A DNA stretch of 64,000 nt from an uncultured Bacteroidales bacterium (GTDB lineage: Bacteria > Bacteroidota > Bacteroidia > Bacteroidales > VadinHA17): the NCBI GenBank assembly GCA_963838215.1, contig CAWIQG010000003.1, positions 64,240-128,239 on the forward strand, in the 5' to 3' direction. Below are positions 11,050-20,168 of the stretch, piece after piece. The translations under genes were made by a program, and so were the position numbers. The notes below the pieces were generated by a model. That model ran no database searches, had not been told where the DNA came from, and worked only from the letters and a program-made list of their open reading frames with translations. Numbering within the stretch: the first letter of the stretch is position 1; each line of letters begins with the position of its first letter.

Positions 11050-12117
11050 TTGAATACTGAAATGCAGATAAAAACAATTGATTTCCCGAAATCAGGAAAA
11101 CAGATCAGATTAATTTTTATATGCCTTCTTTTTCTCGTTATCAGTTTTCTGATTCTTGATATTTTTAGCGGATCTGTCAGTATAAAAGCTTCTGAAGTCA
11201 TAAAAGCAATTTTCAGCAATTCCGGCAGTAATTTTCAGACAATAATCCTGAAATTCAGATTACCTAAAGCTATAACTGCTTTGGTTGTCGGTATAGCATT
11301 ATCGTTGAGCGGTTTACAGATGCAAACAGTATTCAGGAATCCTATGGCCGGACCTTATGTTCTTGGTATCAGTTCAGGAGCAAGTCTTGGTGTTGCTTTT
11401 GTAGTGCTTGGTTTTTCTGCTAGCATATCACCAGACAGTTTGAAAGGGTTGGGAAACTGGATTCTGGTGGCTGCTTCCTGGACAGGAGCTGGTGCGATAA
11501 TGTTACTGATTATGTTTATTTCATCCAGAGTTAAAGATATCATGACCATTCTTATACTTGGGATTATGCTTGCAAGCGGGATCTCTGCAATCGTTACTAT
11601 TATGCAATATTTCAGCAGTGAAACAATGCTGAAAGCTTATGTTATCTGGACCATGGGAAGTTTAGGTAATCTTACTTCAGGTCAACTCAGTGTTCTTCTG
11701 ATTTCTGTTTCGGCCGGAATACTTCTAAGTTTTATCTCAGCCAAAATGCTGAATGCTATGTTACTGGGTGAAAATTATGCAGCCAGTATCGGACTTAACG
11801 TCAGGTTTGCAAGAGTGGTGATATTTATATGCACAAGTATCCTTGCAGGAAGCGTTACAGCTTTTTGCGGACCTATAGGCTTTATTGGAATAGCGGTTCC
11901 TCATATTGCAAGGATATTATTTAAAACATCTGACCATAAGATTTTAATACCAGGGACAATCCTTACCGGCGGAGCTATCATGCTTGCCAGTGATATAATC
12001 TCACAGCTTCCTGGATCAGAAAGTGTTCTTCCCATAAACGCTGTTACATCATTGATAGGTATTCCCGTTGTTATCTGGATAGTATTGAGCAACCGGAAAT
12101 ATTCAGGTCTATTTTAA
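11050..12117 (+). CDS. FecCD-family ABC permease (BtuC-like)
   Basis: About 9-10 TM helices, with FecCD signature regions (RNPMAGPYVLGISSGASLG ... GPIGFIGIAVPHIAR). TTG start at 11050, alternative ATG at 11062. Confidence 0.85.
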   Translation: MNTEMQIKTIDFPKSGKQIRLIFICLLFLVISFLILDIFSGSVSIKASEVIKAIFSNSGSNFQTIILKFRLPKAITALVVGIALSLSGLQMQTVFRNPMAGPYVLGISSGASLGVAFVVLGFSASISPDSLKGLGNWILVAASWTGAGAIMLLIMFISSRVKDIMTILILGIMLASGISAIVTIMQYFSSETMLKAYVIWTMGSLGNLTSGQLSVLLISVSAGILLSFISAKMLNAMLLGENYAASIGLNVRFARVVIFICTSILAGSVTAFCGPIGFIGIAVPHIARILFKTSDHKILIPGTILTGGAIMLASDIISQLPGSESVLPINAVTSLIGIPVVIWIVLSNRKYSGLF

Positions 12118-13139
12118 TGGAAATGAACTTAGAAGAAATATTAACTTTCGATTCACTTAAAATAGGTTATGTTTCAGGGAAAAATGAAAATGCTCTGCTG
12201 CCTCCGCTTAATGCATGTGCTTATAAAGGGGAGATGATTGCTATTATTGGAAGGAATGGCATTGGCAAAAGCACACTTTTAAGAACTCTTACTGGATTAC
12301 AGCCATCTCTGGCTGGTGAAATATTTTATAGTAACAAAAATATCAGAGATTATTCCAGAATTGATCTGGCCCGAAAAGTTGGATATATTTCTACTGAGAT
12401 CGTTAAGGCCAGTAACATGAGTGTTTATGATCTTGTGGCACTGGGTAGATTCCCTCATACAAATTGGACCGGAAAGATTAACTTACAAGATCATGAGATT
12501 ATAATGGATGCAATAGAAAAGACATCATTATCTAAGTTTTGCAAAAGGTTTATTTCCGAGCTTTCCGACGGTGAAAGACAGAGAGCCATGATAGCCAGAA
12601 TTTTAGCACAGGATACAGGAATTATGCTGATGGACGAACCTACCGCTTTTCTCGATATTGGAAGCAAATATGATATTCTTCATCTTATGAACATCCTTTC
12701 ACATAAAAATCAAAAAACAATAGTTTTCTCTACTCATGATCTTCAAATGGCTGTTAGTCAGTCAGATAAAATCTGGCTTATACTCGATAACCACCTCATT
12801 GATGGAGCTCCGGAGGATCTTATGATTGCTGGGGCATTTGATCACCTATTCGATTCATCTCCCGTATATTTCAATTCTGAAGACGGCACCTTCTCTTTCA
12901 GGAATGAATATAAGGGTAGAATATACATTGAAGGATCCGGAATCAGACGTCGCTGGACAGAAAAGGCAATCAGCAGAGCAGGTTTTTCAGTTTCAGAAGA
13001 GAAAACAATACCCTATATAAAAACTCCTTCCGACAATAATAGTATTTGGCAACTCTCAACATCGGGTGCAACACAGGAGTTTGGATCAATTTATGAATTA
13101 ATTAGTTGGTTAAACAATAAAGATCTAAAGCCTAATTGA
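12117..13139 (+). CDS. ABC transporter ATP-binding protein (BtuD/FepC-like) with a C-terminal extension of about 90 aa
   Basis: Walker A GRNGIGKST, ABC signature LSDGERQR, Walker B IMLMDEP, H-loop STHD. The start overlaps the permease stop (TAATG). Confidence 0.85.
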   Translation: MEMNLEEILTFDSLKIGYVSGKNENALLPPLNACAYKGEMIAIIGRNGIGKSTLLRTLTGLQPSLAGEIFYSNKNIRDYSRIDLARKVGYISTEIVKASNMSVYDLVALGRFPHTNWTGKINLQDHEIIMDAIEKTSLSKFCKRFISELSDGERQRAMIARILAQDTGIMLMDEPTAFLDIGSKYDILHLMNILSHKNQKTIVFSTHDLQMAVSQSDKIWLILDNHLIDGAPEDLMIAGAFDHLFDSSPVYFNSEDGTFSFRNEYKGRIYIEGSGIRRRWTEKAISRAGFSVSEEKTIPYIKTPSDNNSIWQLSTSGATQEFGSIYELISWLNNKDLKPN

Positions 13140-14556
13140 AGTACTTCCTGTAATTTTCTATAAAGGGACCAATATCCTCAACAGCCAGTTTTTTTGCTAT
13201 TATTTTTTTGTTTTTATCAAGGATATACACCAGTGGCGTTGATTGAACATTATAATAGAAATCAAAATGAGAGCTTCTCTCGGGATCCCATCCATTTATC
13301 CAGGTCAGTTTATTATCCTCAATATATTTTGTCCAACTTGCTTTATCCGCAGTTGTGCATACAGCAAAGACTTCAATATCTTCATCTTTAGCTTTTTCAT
13401 AATATGCCTTAAGTTTTGGAGTGGCTTCTTTGCAATGACCACAATTGGGTTCCCAGAAATATAAGATCGTAAACTCTTTTTCGACGTCGTATAATGAAAC
13501 AAATGTTCCTTTATAGGAGTCCATCACAAGATTCTGTGCTTTCTTTCCAATCAGGTTGGGCCTTATGAGATCAATTTGTCGCCTGAGATCATCCTTAAAT
13601 TCTTTTGATACCCAATCGGCTTTTCCTGAAAGATAAATATCATCAGCCAGTTTAACCATCACGGCATCGTGCCCCATAATTTCACTTTCCCTGAAATGGT
13701 TAAACAGATAAACGGCAACGAATTGAAAGACTTTATGATTGGCTTTACATTTTAAAATCAATTTGTCAATTTCCTTATTTATGGAATCAGGCGACTGAAT
13801 AACGACATTTGTGAAAAAAGCATTGAGTCGCGCATACAGTATGGGAGTCCGGAGTAATCTTTCATCGGTCAGATCTATATTGTCAAAGAAATGATCTTTA
13901 TTATAATTGTAATTCATTATCCATCTTACCGAATCGGGTTTTTGGACTCCTGCAGGGATTGAAAACTCTGGAACATCTATTGGAACCAATGATTTTACAA
14001 GCGTCGCAAGTAAGTTTCCGTTATTAGCATTAACAACACTTATAAGATATAATTTCATTTTGTCTTCCAACACTTTCTGAGTTGAAGCAAGTATTTTCAG
14101 TGAATCGTTGTTCTGCTTGTTGTTTTGAATTCTTTTGGAAACAGATGCAGCTTCCTGTTGCATCCTCATCCATTTTTTCTGATATTCAACAAATGCAGAA
14201 TTTTCTTCTGAGCCGATGAATTTCAGAGTATTAATATAATCAACAAAGGAGCAGTCAACTGAAAAATACTGATTTTTTGAGATTAATATTTCAAAATATT
14301 TTTTCCCGGGCAGCACAATCATATAAATACCTTGCGGTAAATCTACTTTCCCCATAACTATTCCGTGGCCTTCTTTATCGAGCTTTATGGTATCCTTAAT
14401 ATATTGTTTATCACCAAGATGATATGCCAGAAAAACTGTCGAATCCTGAAGTCCATGAATAGTAATATCAATCTCATAACCATTCTTTAACTGGCAAAAC
14501 GAGAAAGCTGATAACATTGAAAGTAATACTGCAAAAAATATTTTTCTCATATACAA
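13132..14556 (-). CDS. TlpA/AhpC-like thioredoxin-fold lipoprotein or periplasmic protein
   Basis: Signal peptide, then a long helical N-terminal domain. The C-terminal thioredoxin fold carries the CGHC active site (YFWEPNCGHCKE). Confidence 0.7.
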   Translation of the reverse strand: MYMRKIFFAVLLSMLSAFSFCQLKNGYEIDITIHGLQDSTVFLAYHLGDKQYIKDTIKLDKEGHGIVMGKVDLPQGIYMIVLPGKKYFEILISKNQYFSVDCSFVDYINTLKFIGSEENSAFVEYQKKWMRMQQEAASVSKRIQNNKQNNDSLKILASTQKVLEDKMKLYLISVVNANNGNLLATLVKSLVPIDVPEFSIPAGVQKPDSVRWIMNYNYNKDHFFDNIDLTDERLLRTPILYARLNAFFTNVVIQSPDSINKEIDKLILKCKANHKVFQFVAVYLFNHFRESEIMGHDAVMVKLADDIYLSGKADWVSKEFKDDLRRQIDLIRPNLIGKKAQNLVMDSYKGTFVSLYDVEKEFTILYFWEPNCGHCKEATPKLKAYYEKAKDEDIEVFAVCTTADKASWTKYIEDNKLTWINGWDPERSSHFDFYYNVQSTPLVYILDKNKKIIAKKLAVEDIGPFIENYRKYFN

Positions 14557-14672
14557 GTCAGATTATTAAAGACATCTGCAAAATTAGTTAATGCAATTTC
14601 CTGGCCAAAGTTTGTTCAGCAAATATTTTAAAAATATATTGTACTTTTGAAATCTCAACCCTGGTCAGAAAA

Positions 14673-15608
14673 ATGAAAATTTCATTGCTTATTCCTGTAT
14701 TCGATTATGATATAGTTGCACTTGTTCACAGCATGAAAAGTGCCCTTGGAAAAGTTCCGGAATTCTGCGAAATACTTATTGGGGATGACGGTTCATCTGC
14801 TGAGTACAGAGAAAAATACCGATCTCTTGAAGCTACTGATGTCAAAGTGATCTTTTCAGAAAAAAATATAGGAAGAGCTGCAATAAGAAACAAACTGGCG
14901 CTTGAAGCAAAAGGAGATTTTTTACTTTTTATTGATGCTGATGCAATGTTACCCGGTACTGCTGAAGCATATATGTTAAAGTGGCTGCCGGTAACAACAG
15001 TTTCAAGGGTAATATGTGGAGGGACTTTGTATCATGATAGTTCTCCGGGTGATCCCGACAAACTTTTAAGGTGGAAGTATGGAAAGAGGAAAGAACAGCT
15101 GAAACTGGCAGAAAGGAATAAACATCCACATGCAAGTTTTTCAACGTTCAATGTTCTTATTGATAAAACAGTTTTCTCTAAGATCCGTTTTAATGAAGAA
15201 TTGAAACAATATGGCCATGAAGATACTCTAATGGGTTACCAGTTGAAAAAAGCCGATATAGACATATTGCATATTGATAATGGACTTATTCATGAGGGGC
15301 TTGAATCGAATATAGATTTTCTTGAGAAGACAAAACTAGGCATAGAAAACCTCAGCAATCTCTATGATAATGTTACTGACAAGAAAACCTTCTCTGACAC
15401 AGTCAGAATTCTCAAAGTATATAACAGACTCAGGTTCTTAAGGTTGACACGAGTCTTAACCGGGATTTTTATCAAATACAGGGATCAGATGGAGATAAGA
15501 CTTGACTCAAGCAATATTTCCCTCCGGTTATTTGGCTTCTATAAAATATGTTTGTTTTGTACATATCGTGAAATCCACAAAAGAAGAAATGTACTTCCGA
15601 TCTTTTAA
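14673..15608 (+). CDS. Family 2 glycosyltransferase
   Basis: GT-A N-terminus (ISLLIPVFDYD), a DDGS motif and a DxD-like FIDADA. Confidence 0.7.
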   Translation: MKISLLIPVFDYDIVALVHSMKSALGKVPEFCEILIGDDGSSAEYREKYRSLEATDVKVIFSEKNIGRAAIRNKLALEAKGDFLLFIDADAMLPGTAEAYMLKWLPVTTVSRVICGGTLYHDSSPGDPDKLLRWKYGKRKEQLKLAERNKHPHASFSTFNVLIDKTVFSKIRFNEELKQYGHEDTLMGYQLKKADIDILHIDNGLIHEGLESNIDFLEKTKLGIENLSNLYDNVTDKKTFSDTVRILKVYNRLRFLRLTRVLTGIFIKYRDQMEIRLDSSNISLRLFGFYKICLFCTYREIHKRRNVLPIF

Positions 15609-15717
15609 TTATTGACCAATCTTATATTAAAATATTAATGCGAAGAGAATAACACTATTTCAATTAATGTATCATTCGCAAGATATAAGTCTAATAATGC
15701 AACCATTGTTCAACTGA

Positions 15718-16410
15718 TCAAATATCTATTTTCAGAAGATCAGTATTGCCATCTGATCTGGGTTCTGCTTTTAGCACAAAATTGAACCTGTCAACTAAAG
15801 TACAAAGGAAAAAATCTGTAGGAGGAGAGAATTTAATATTTTCAGGATTAAAAAATCTCTTACCTGCTGTGTTTTTAAGATCTGAAATTTTCTTTTCAGA
15901 AGTAAAATATTTATTATACAACCCGGCTGCTATCATTTCAGCACATAACAAGTCCTCTTCGGTCGACTGGTTTGCTCTGTAACCCATTGCTACAAGCGTT
16001 ACATGATCAGGATTAAGAGCTTTGATATACCTTACAATTGCCCCTGCATTGACAATGCTGCCAGTCATAACCATGTCAGCGTTTACGGAATTAATCAGTC
16101 CTTTTGTACCCGCAGTGGTAGTTTGAATAACAGTTTTGCCGTGAAGGTCAGATTTAATAATTTCAGTCGGGCTGTTCCCATAGTCAAACCCTTCAATTTT
16201 TTGCTCGTCTCTTTCTCCAACAAGAACAGAATTTATGTACTGCTTTTTTAACTGAAAAGCTTTTCCGGCATTTTCTGTAGCAATTATTCGCACTGCACCT
16301 GCATCAAACGCATAGCAACAGACCGAAAAAGCTCTGAATACATCAATTATAACAGCAACACCTTTTGCTTTCCGGGCTCCTTCAATAAACTCCAGAATTT
16401 CAACCTTCAT
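15718..16410 (-). CDS. 2-phosphosulfolactate phosphatase (ComB) family protein
   Basis: The MKVEILEF... start at 16410 is preferred over the track start 16440. The family-like N-terminus is GVAVIIDVFRAFS, and the length is about 230 aa. Confidence 0.6.
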   Translation of the reverse strand: MKVEILEFIEGARKAKGVAVIIDVFRAFSVCCYAFDAGAVRIIATENAGKAFQLKKQYINSVLVGERDEQKIEGFDYGNSPTEIIKSDLHGKTVIQTTTAGTKGLINSVNADMVMTGSIVNAGAIVRYIKALNPDHVTLVAMGYRANQSTEEDLLCAEMIAAGLYNKYFTSEKKISDLKNTAGKRFFNPENIKFSPPTDFFLCTLVDRFNFVLKAEPRSDGNTDLLKIDI

Positions 16411-16542
16411 TATGATTAAATAAAGGAGTGAAAATAGCATATATTTTTGTTCAACACCATCACACAGCCTCGGATATTTCGTATATTTGATCTAAAGAGT
16501 TGTTTTTGCTTATACTGTAAAGACATTAATTGATATAGAATT

Positions 16543-17880
16543 ATGGCAAATCCTGTCACATGGATCATGGATCAAATAAAACGCTTGAATGATGCTATCT
16601 GGCATACTCCGTTGTCAGAAATTTCAAGGGGAAAAACATTTCTTTTTAAACAATTGAGAATTATTGTTCTTGCTGCCCGGGGTTTCTCAAATGATAAAGT
16701 TCAACTTCGTGCCTCTGCTTTGACTTTTTATTCACTTCTTTCTGTTATACCTGTAGCAGCTATAGCATTTGCAATAGCCAAAGGTTTCGGACTAGATCAA
16801 AATCTCAAAGTATTAATTACAGAGAAATTTCAGGCTCACCAGGAGGTACTTAACTGGTTATTGCTGAATGCAACAAATGCTATCCAGGCGACAAGGGGTG
16901 GTTATATAGCCGGAGTTGGAATGATAATCCTTTTCTGGTCGGTCATGTCGTTGCTCGATCATATCGAAAGCTCATTCAATCATATATGGCAAATCAAATC
17001 TTCCAGGCCATGGCATAGAAAATTTACTGATTACATTACTATTATGCTTATTGCACCTGTTTTTATTATCCTCTCCAGCAGCATCACGGTTTTTATCAGT
17101 ACTGAACTTGCAGACTATATGATTAAAGCACCAATTCTGGATTTCTTCAAACCCTTAATTAGTTTTCTTGTCAAATTGGCTCCATATTTTCTGAGTTGGA
17201 TCACCATGACAATATTGTTCATTATAATGCCAAATGCTAAGGTTAAATTTGTACCTGCATTGATTTCGGGCGTTATAGCAGGTACATTTCTGCAAGGCTT
17301 GCAGTGGTTATATATTGATCTGCAATTCGGGATATCCAAACTGAGTGCCATTTATGGAAGTTTTGCAGCCGTACCACTTTTTATTATCTGGTTGCAGAGC
17401 AGCTGGATAGTCGTACTACTTGGTGCCGAGCTTACCTTTGCCAATCAGAATGTCTCCCGGTATGAATTAGAGTCTGATGCATTAAATATAAGTAACTATC
17501 AGAAACGTGCTCTGGTGCTGATGATAATGCATTTGCTAATCCATAATTTTTCTATTGGAGAGAAGCCAATAAGTGCTGAGAAGATTGCTATGACACTAAA
17601 AATTCCTGTGAGACTTGCACGCGATATATTGCAGGATCTCAGCAGCGCGAATCTTGTTTCAATTATTCATGAGAATGAACAAAAGGAACGTTTATATCAA
17701 CCAGCTCTGGATATAAACAGATTGACTGTCAGTTATGTGCTTTCACGCCTCGACAAGAGAGGTGTCGAACAGATTATGGTAATTAAGAATAAGGATTATG
17801 ATAAAGTCGTATCGATGCTCGAAAAATTTGACCGTCTGATTGCCAAATCTGATTCCAACATTTTAATCAAAGATCTTTAA
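16543..17880 (+). CDS. YihY/BrkB-family membrane protein with a C-terminal soluble extension
   Basis: Six TM helices with YihY-type motifs (ASALTFYSLLSVIPV, YGSFAAVPLFIIWLQSSW). An extra soluble tail of about 130 aa resembles a winged helix. Confidence 0.75.
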   Translation: MANPVTWIMDQIKRLNDAIWHTPLSEISRGKTFLFKQLRIIVLAARGFSNDKVQLRASALTFYSLLSVIPVAAIAFAIAKGFGLDQNLKVLITEKFQAHQEVLNWLLLNATNAIQATRGGYIAGVGMIILFWSVMSLLDHIESSFNHIWQIKSSRPWHRKFTDYITIMLIAPVFIILSSSITVFISTELADYMIKAPILDFFKPLISFLVKLAPYFLSWITMTILFIIMPNAKVKFVPALISGVIAGTFLQGLQWLYIDLQFGISKLSAIYGSFAAVPLFIIWLQSSWIVVLLGAELTFANQNVSRYELESDALNISNYQKRALVLMIMHLLIHNFSIGEKPISAEKIAMTLKIPVRLARDILQDLSSANLVSIIHENEQKERLYQPALDINRLTVSYVLSRLDKRGVEQIMVIKNKDYDKVVSMLEKFDRLIAKSDSNILIKDL

Positions 17881-18598
17881 TCTTATCAGCAGTCTCTTTT
17901 TTTTGCTTTGGTTTTTTTGTTTTGTAGTTTTCTACAAAGCTTATAAATTCCGTAAATGATTGCCATTTATGAAAAAAATAATGGGGCATAGGAAGAACAA
18001 TGTGTTTTGTATTTATTTGTTTTTCCCAGTAACCATCAAGATTTCTTGACGGGAATACTCGGTCTATCTCACTTGTCACAGCATAATCCCATCTGAATCC
18101 CGGTTCGTTTTGTTCCATAATCCGATTGTATAACCACCTGAGTTCATCATGCAACGATTTCAGAGTTCTGTGAGGAATCCTGTCAATATTTGTTTGGAAT
18201 GTTTTCTTATCCCCAAACATCCTTAAATAGAATTTCTCAATATTTTCTTCGGTAATATTGTTTAACGTACCTTCAAACACATTAAGTGGTATCCCATATT
18301 GGTCATCGGCTGGTATCGGAGTACCATTTACTGCAATTGTTATATCAGGTTTAATTCCTGTCTTTGGGAAAAGATATTCAGCTGCCCACACCCCGATGGA
18401 CCAGCCTATTAATGATATTTTTTCATAAGTTTTCATTTCAGGAAGCACCAGGGCCTCATCAGCAGAATAGTTATAAAAAAATATAAAATCAAACTCATCA
18501 TTGCAAAGAGGAGTAAAAACATTCTCATCTGTTCCCCAGCCTCCGTACAAAATAACAAGATGATTATTCCTTTCTCTTCTTCTGATATAGGTCTTCAT
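17867..18598 (-). CDS. bioG: Pimeloyl-ACP methyl ester esterase BioG (DUF452)
   Basis: Blocks match my recollection of Haemophilus BioG: HLVILYGGWGT, LIGWSIGVWAAE (GxSxG-like nucleophile elbow) and AVNGTPIPADDQYGIPLNVFEGTLNNITE. Confidence 0.75.
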   Translation of the reverse strand: MKTYIRRRERNNHLVILYGGWGTDENVFTPLCNDEFDFIFFYNYSADEALVLPEMKTYEKISLIGWSIGVWAAEYLFPKTGIKPDITIAVNGTPIPADDQYGIPLNVFEGTLNNITEENIEKFYLRMFGDKKTFQTNIDRIPHRTLKSLHDELRWLYNRIMEQNEPGFRWDYAVTSEIDRVFPSRNLDGYWEKQINTKHIVLPMPHYFFHKWQSFTEFISFVENYKTKKPKQKKETADKIKDL

Positions 18599-18874
18599 TA
18601 TACTCTTTAAACCTTTTTGATAAAAAAATCAAGTTTTCCCCTAGTTTCTAAGGAAAACAAAGATAGTCTATTTTTTTCAGGACAACTATCAGGGTCTATT
18701 AATAAGGCCGGTTCAATTGTTCAGCAACACCAATATAAACAGGAATGATGTTGTTTTAACTGCTGCTATTCATAAATGTTAATTAGTTTCTTATCCTTCG
18801 TTTGTTAATAGACTAAGAATGAAGAACATTCGAAATCTTGATGCAGAAACTTAGTTTAAGTGATAATATCGAGT

Positions 18875-19129
18875 GAAAAAAAGCTTACTCTGAAGAATAT
18901 TGAGTAAGGGCAAAAAAAATAAGAGGAGGAAGGGTGTTTGTGAAAATCAGGAGCGGGCTTTATTAATGAGATAATTCCCGTGTCTACTGTCTGATAAAAG
19001 GATGGAACCACGGTTAGCTGGCGCTATTCCTAAGGCTCCTGATGTGAAAGTCAATGTCTGCAATACAATCCTGTTGATTTTCACTCCCAACCCTTGCTCA
19101 TCTCCTCTTATATACCAATAACATGAGCA
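18875..19129 (-). ncRNA. Candidate structured small RNA of unknown family; architecture is 6S-like but unproven
   Basis: Long-range complementary arms: 18921-18928 with 19102-19109, 18930-18935 with 19090-19095, and 18940-18949 with 19075-19084. On the minus strand the closing helix is followed by a U8 tract. A separate hairpin (18884-18890 with 18902-18908) plus a U7 tract follows. A consensus promoter lies upstream. The only ORF here is an implausible 63-aa one. Confidence 0.5.
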
Positions 19130-19135
19130 TAGAAG

Positions 19136-19167
19136 CAAATCTAAATCAAAAAAAGCATATAATCAAA
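19136..19167 (-). promoter_or_regulatory. Bacteroidota-type promoter for the candidate RNA
   Basis: The minus strand reads TTTG (19167-19164), then N20, then TAGATTTG (19143-19136). This matches the TTTG / TAnnTTTG (-33/-7) consensus with canonical spacing. Confidence 0.45.
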
Positions 19168-19266
19168 TTAATCTCTAAAAAAATGTAAATAAAATATTTA
19201 TCAATTATTGATAAAATATTGCTTAAATTTGATAGAGTCCTTAACTCAAGATTCAATATATTACCA

Positions 19267-20115
19267 ATGGTTGCTGAACTTGAAAAAATAATCTATGATG
19301 ATGGTGGTGGATTCAGAGCCTCATATATCAACGACACAGGCGGTTTATGGCATTTTCATCCGGAATATGAACTTGTTTTGAATATAAAGAGCAATGGTAC
19401 CCGTATTATTGGTGACAGTGTAGAATTGTTCGATCAGTACGATATGGTTTTTATTGCTGGAAATATTCCCCATTGCTGGAATTATTACAGGCTCGATCAT
19501 ACTCTTCCCGATAAACATGGAATAATTGTCCATTTCAAGTTTGCATCACTTGGTGATTCATTTTTATTGCAGCATGAAATGCACAGTTTGAAAGAACTTC
19601 TTAATGATGCTGAAAGAGGTATAGTTTTTTCAATTGAAGATGCTAAAAAAGCTGAAAATCACCTTATCCGGATGATCAATAATAAAGGGATCGATAAAAT
19701 GATCGATTTTTTTAATATCATAAAGATAATGTGCGTTTCTGAGAAGAGAGGCTTCCTTTGCTCAGAGAATTATAAGCTTGCTTTCGATGAAAGAGGGAAC
19801 AAAAGAATGACGGATGTTTATACTTATATCAGGGAGAACTATTTTAAACCTATTTCACTTGAGAAAATATCCAAAATTGCACGAATGAGCCCATTTGCAT
19901 TCAGCAGATATTTCAAAAAAAACTGCGGGGCAGGATTTGTTGAGTATTTAAATCGGGTCAGGACAAACAAAGCATGTTATCTTCTGCGTGAAACAGAATA
20001 TCAGGTGCATGATATTGCTATGGAATGTGGCTTTGTAAGCATCTCTAATTTCAATAAGCAATTCAGAAAAACCGAAGGTATCTCTCCCAGAGATTACAGG
20101 GCACAGTTTAAGTAA
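19267..20115 (+). CDS. AraC-family transcriptional regulator (cupin sensor plus C-terminal HTH)
   Basis: C-terminal double HTH (FSRYFKKNCGAGFVEYLNRVRTNKACYLL ... ISNFNKQFRKTEGISPRDYR). The ATG at 19267 is preferred over the TTG at 19219. Confidence 0.85.
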   Translation: MVAELEKIIYDDGGGFRASYINDTGGLWHFHPEYELVLNIKSNGTRIIGDSVELFDQYDMVFIAGNIPHCWNYYRLDHTLPDKHGIIVHFKFASLGDSFLLQHEMHSLKELLNDAERGIVFSIEDAKKAENHLIRMINNKGIDKMIDFFNIIKIMCVSEKRGFLCSENYKLAFDERGNKRMTDVYTYIRENYFKPISLEKISKIARMSPFAFSRYFKKNCGAGFVEYLNRVRTNKACYLLRETEYQVHDIAMECGFVSISNFNKQFRKTEGISPRDYRAQFK

Positions 20116-20168
20116 AGTCCTGAAATTTTGGTTATATATTATTCTTTTTAAATTTTAAAATTAAAAAT

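Noticed and set aside
18947-19138. 63-aa minus-strand ORF (MLLCSCYWYIRGDEQG...)
   Set aside because: It is coextensive with the paired arms of the candidate structured RNA. It has an odd Cys/Trp-rich start and no signal or known motif, so an RNA explanation is preferred.
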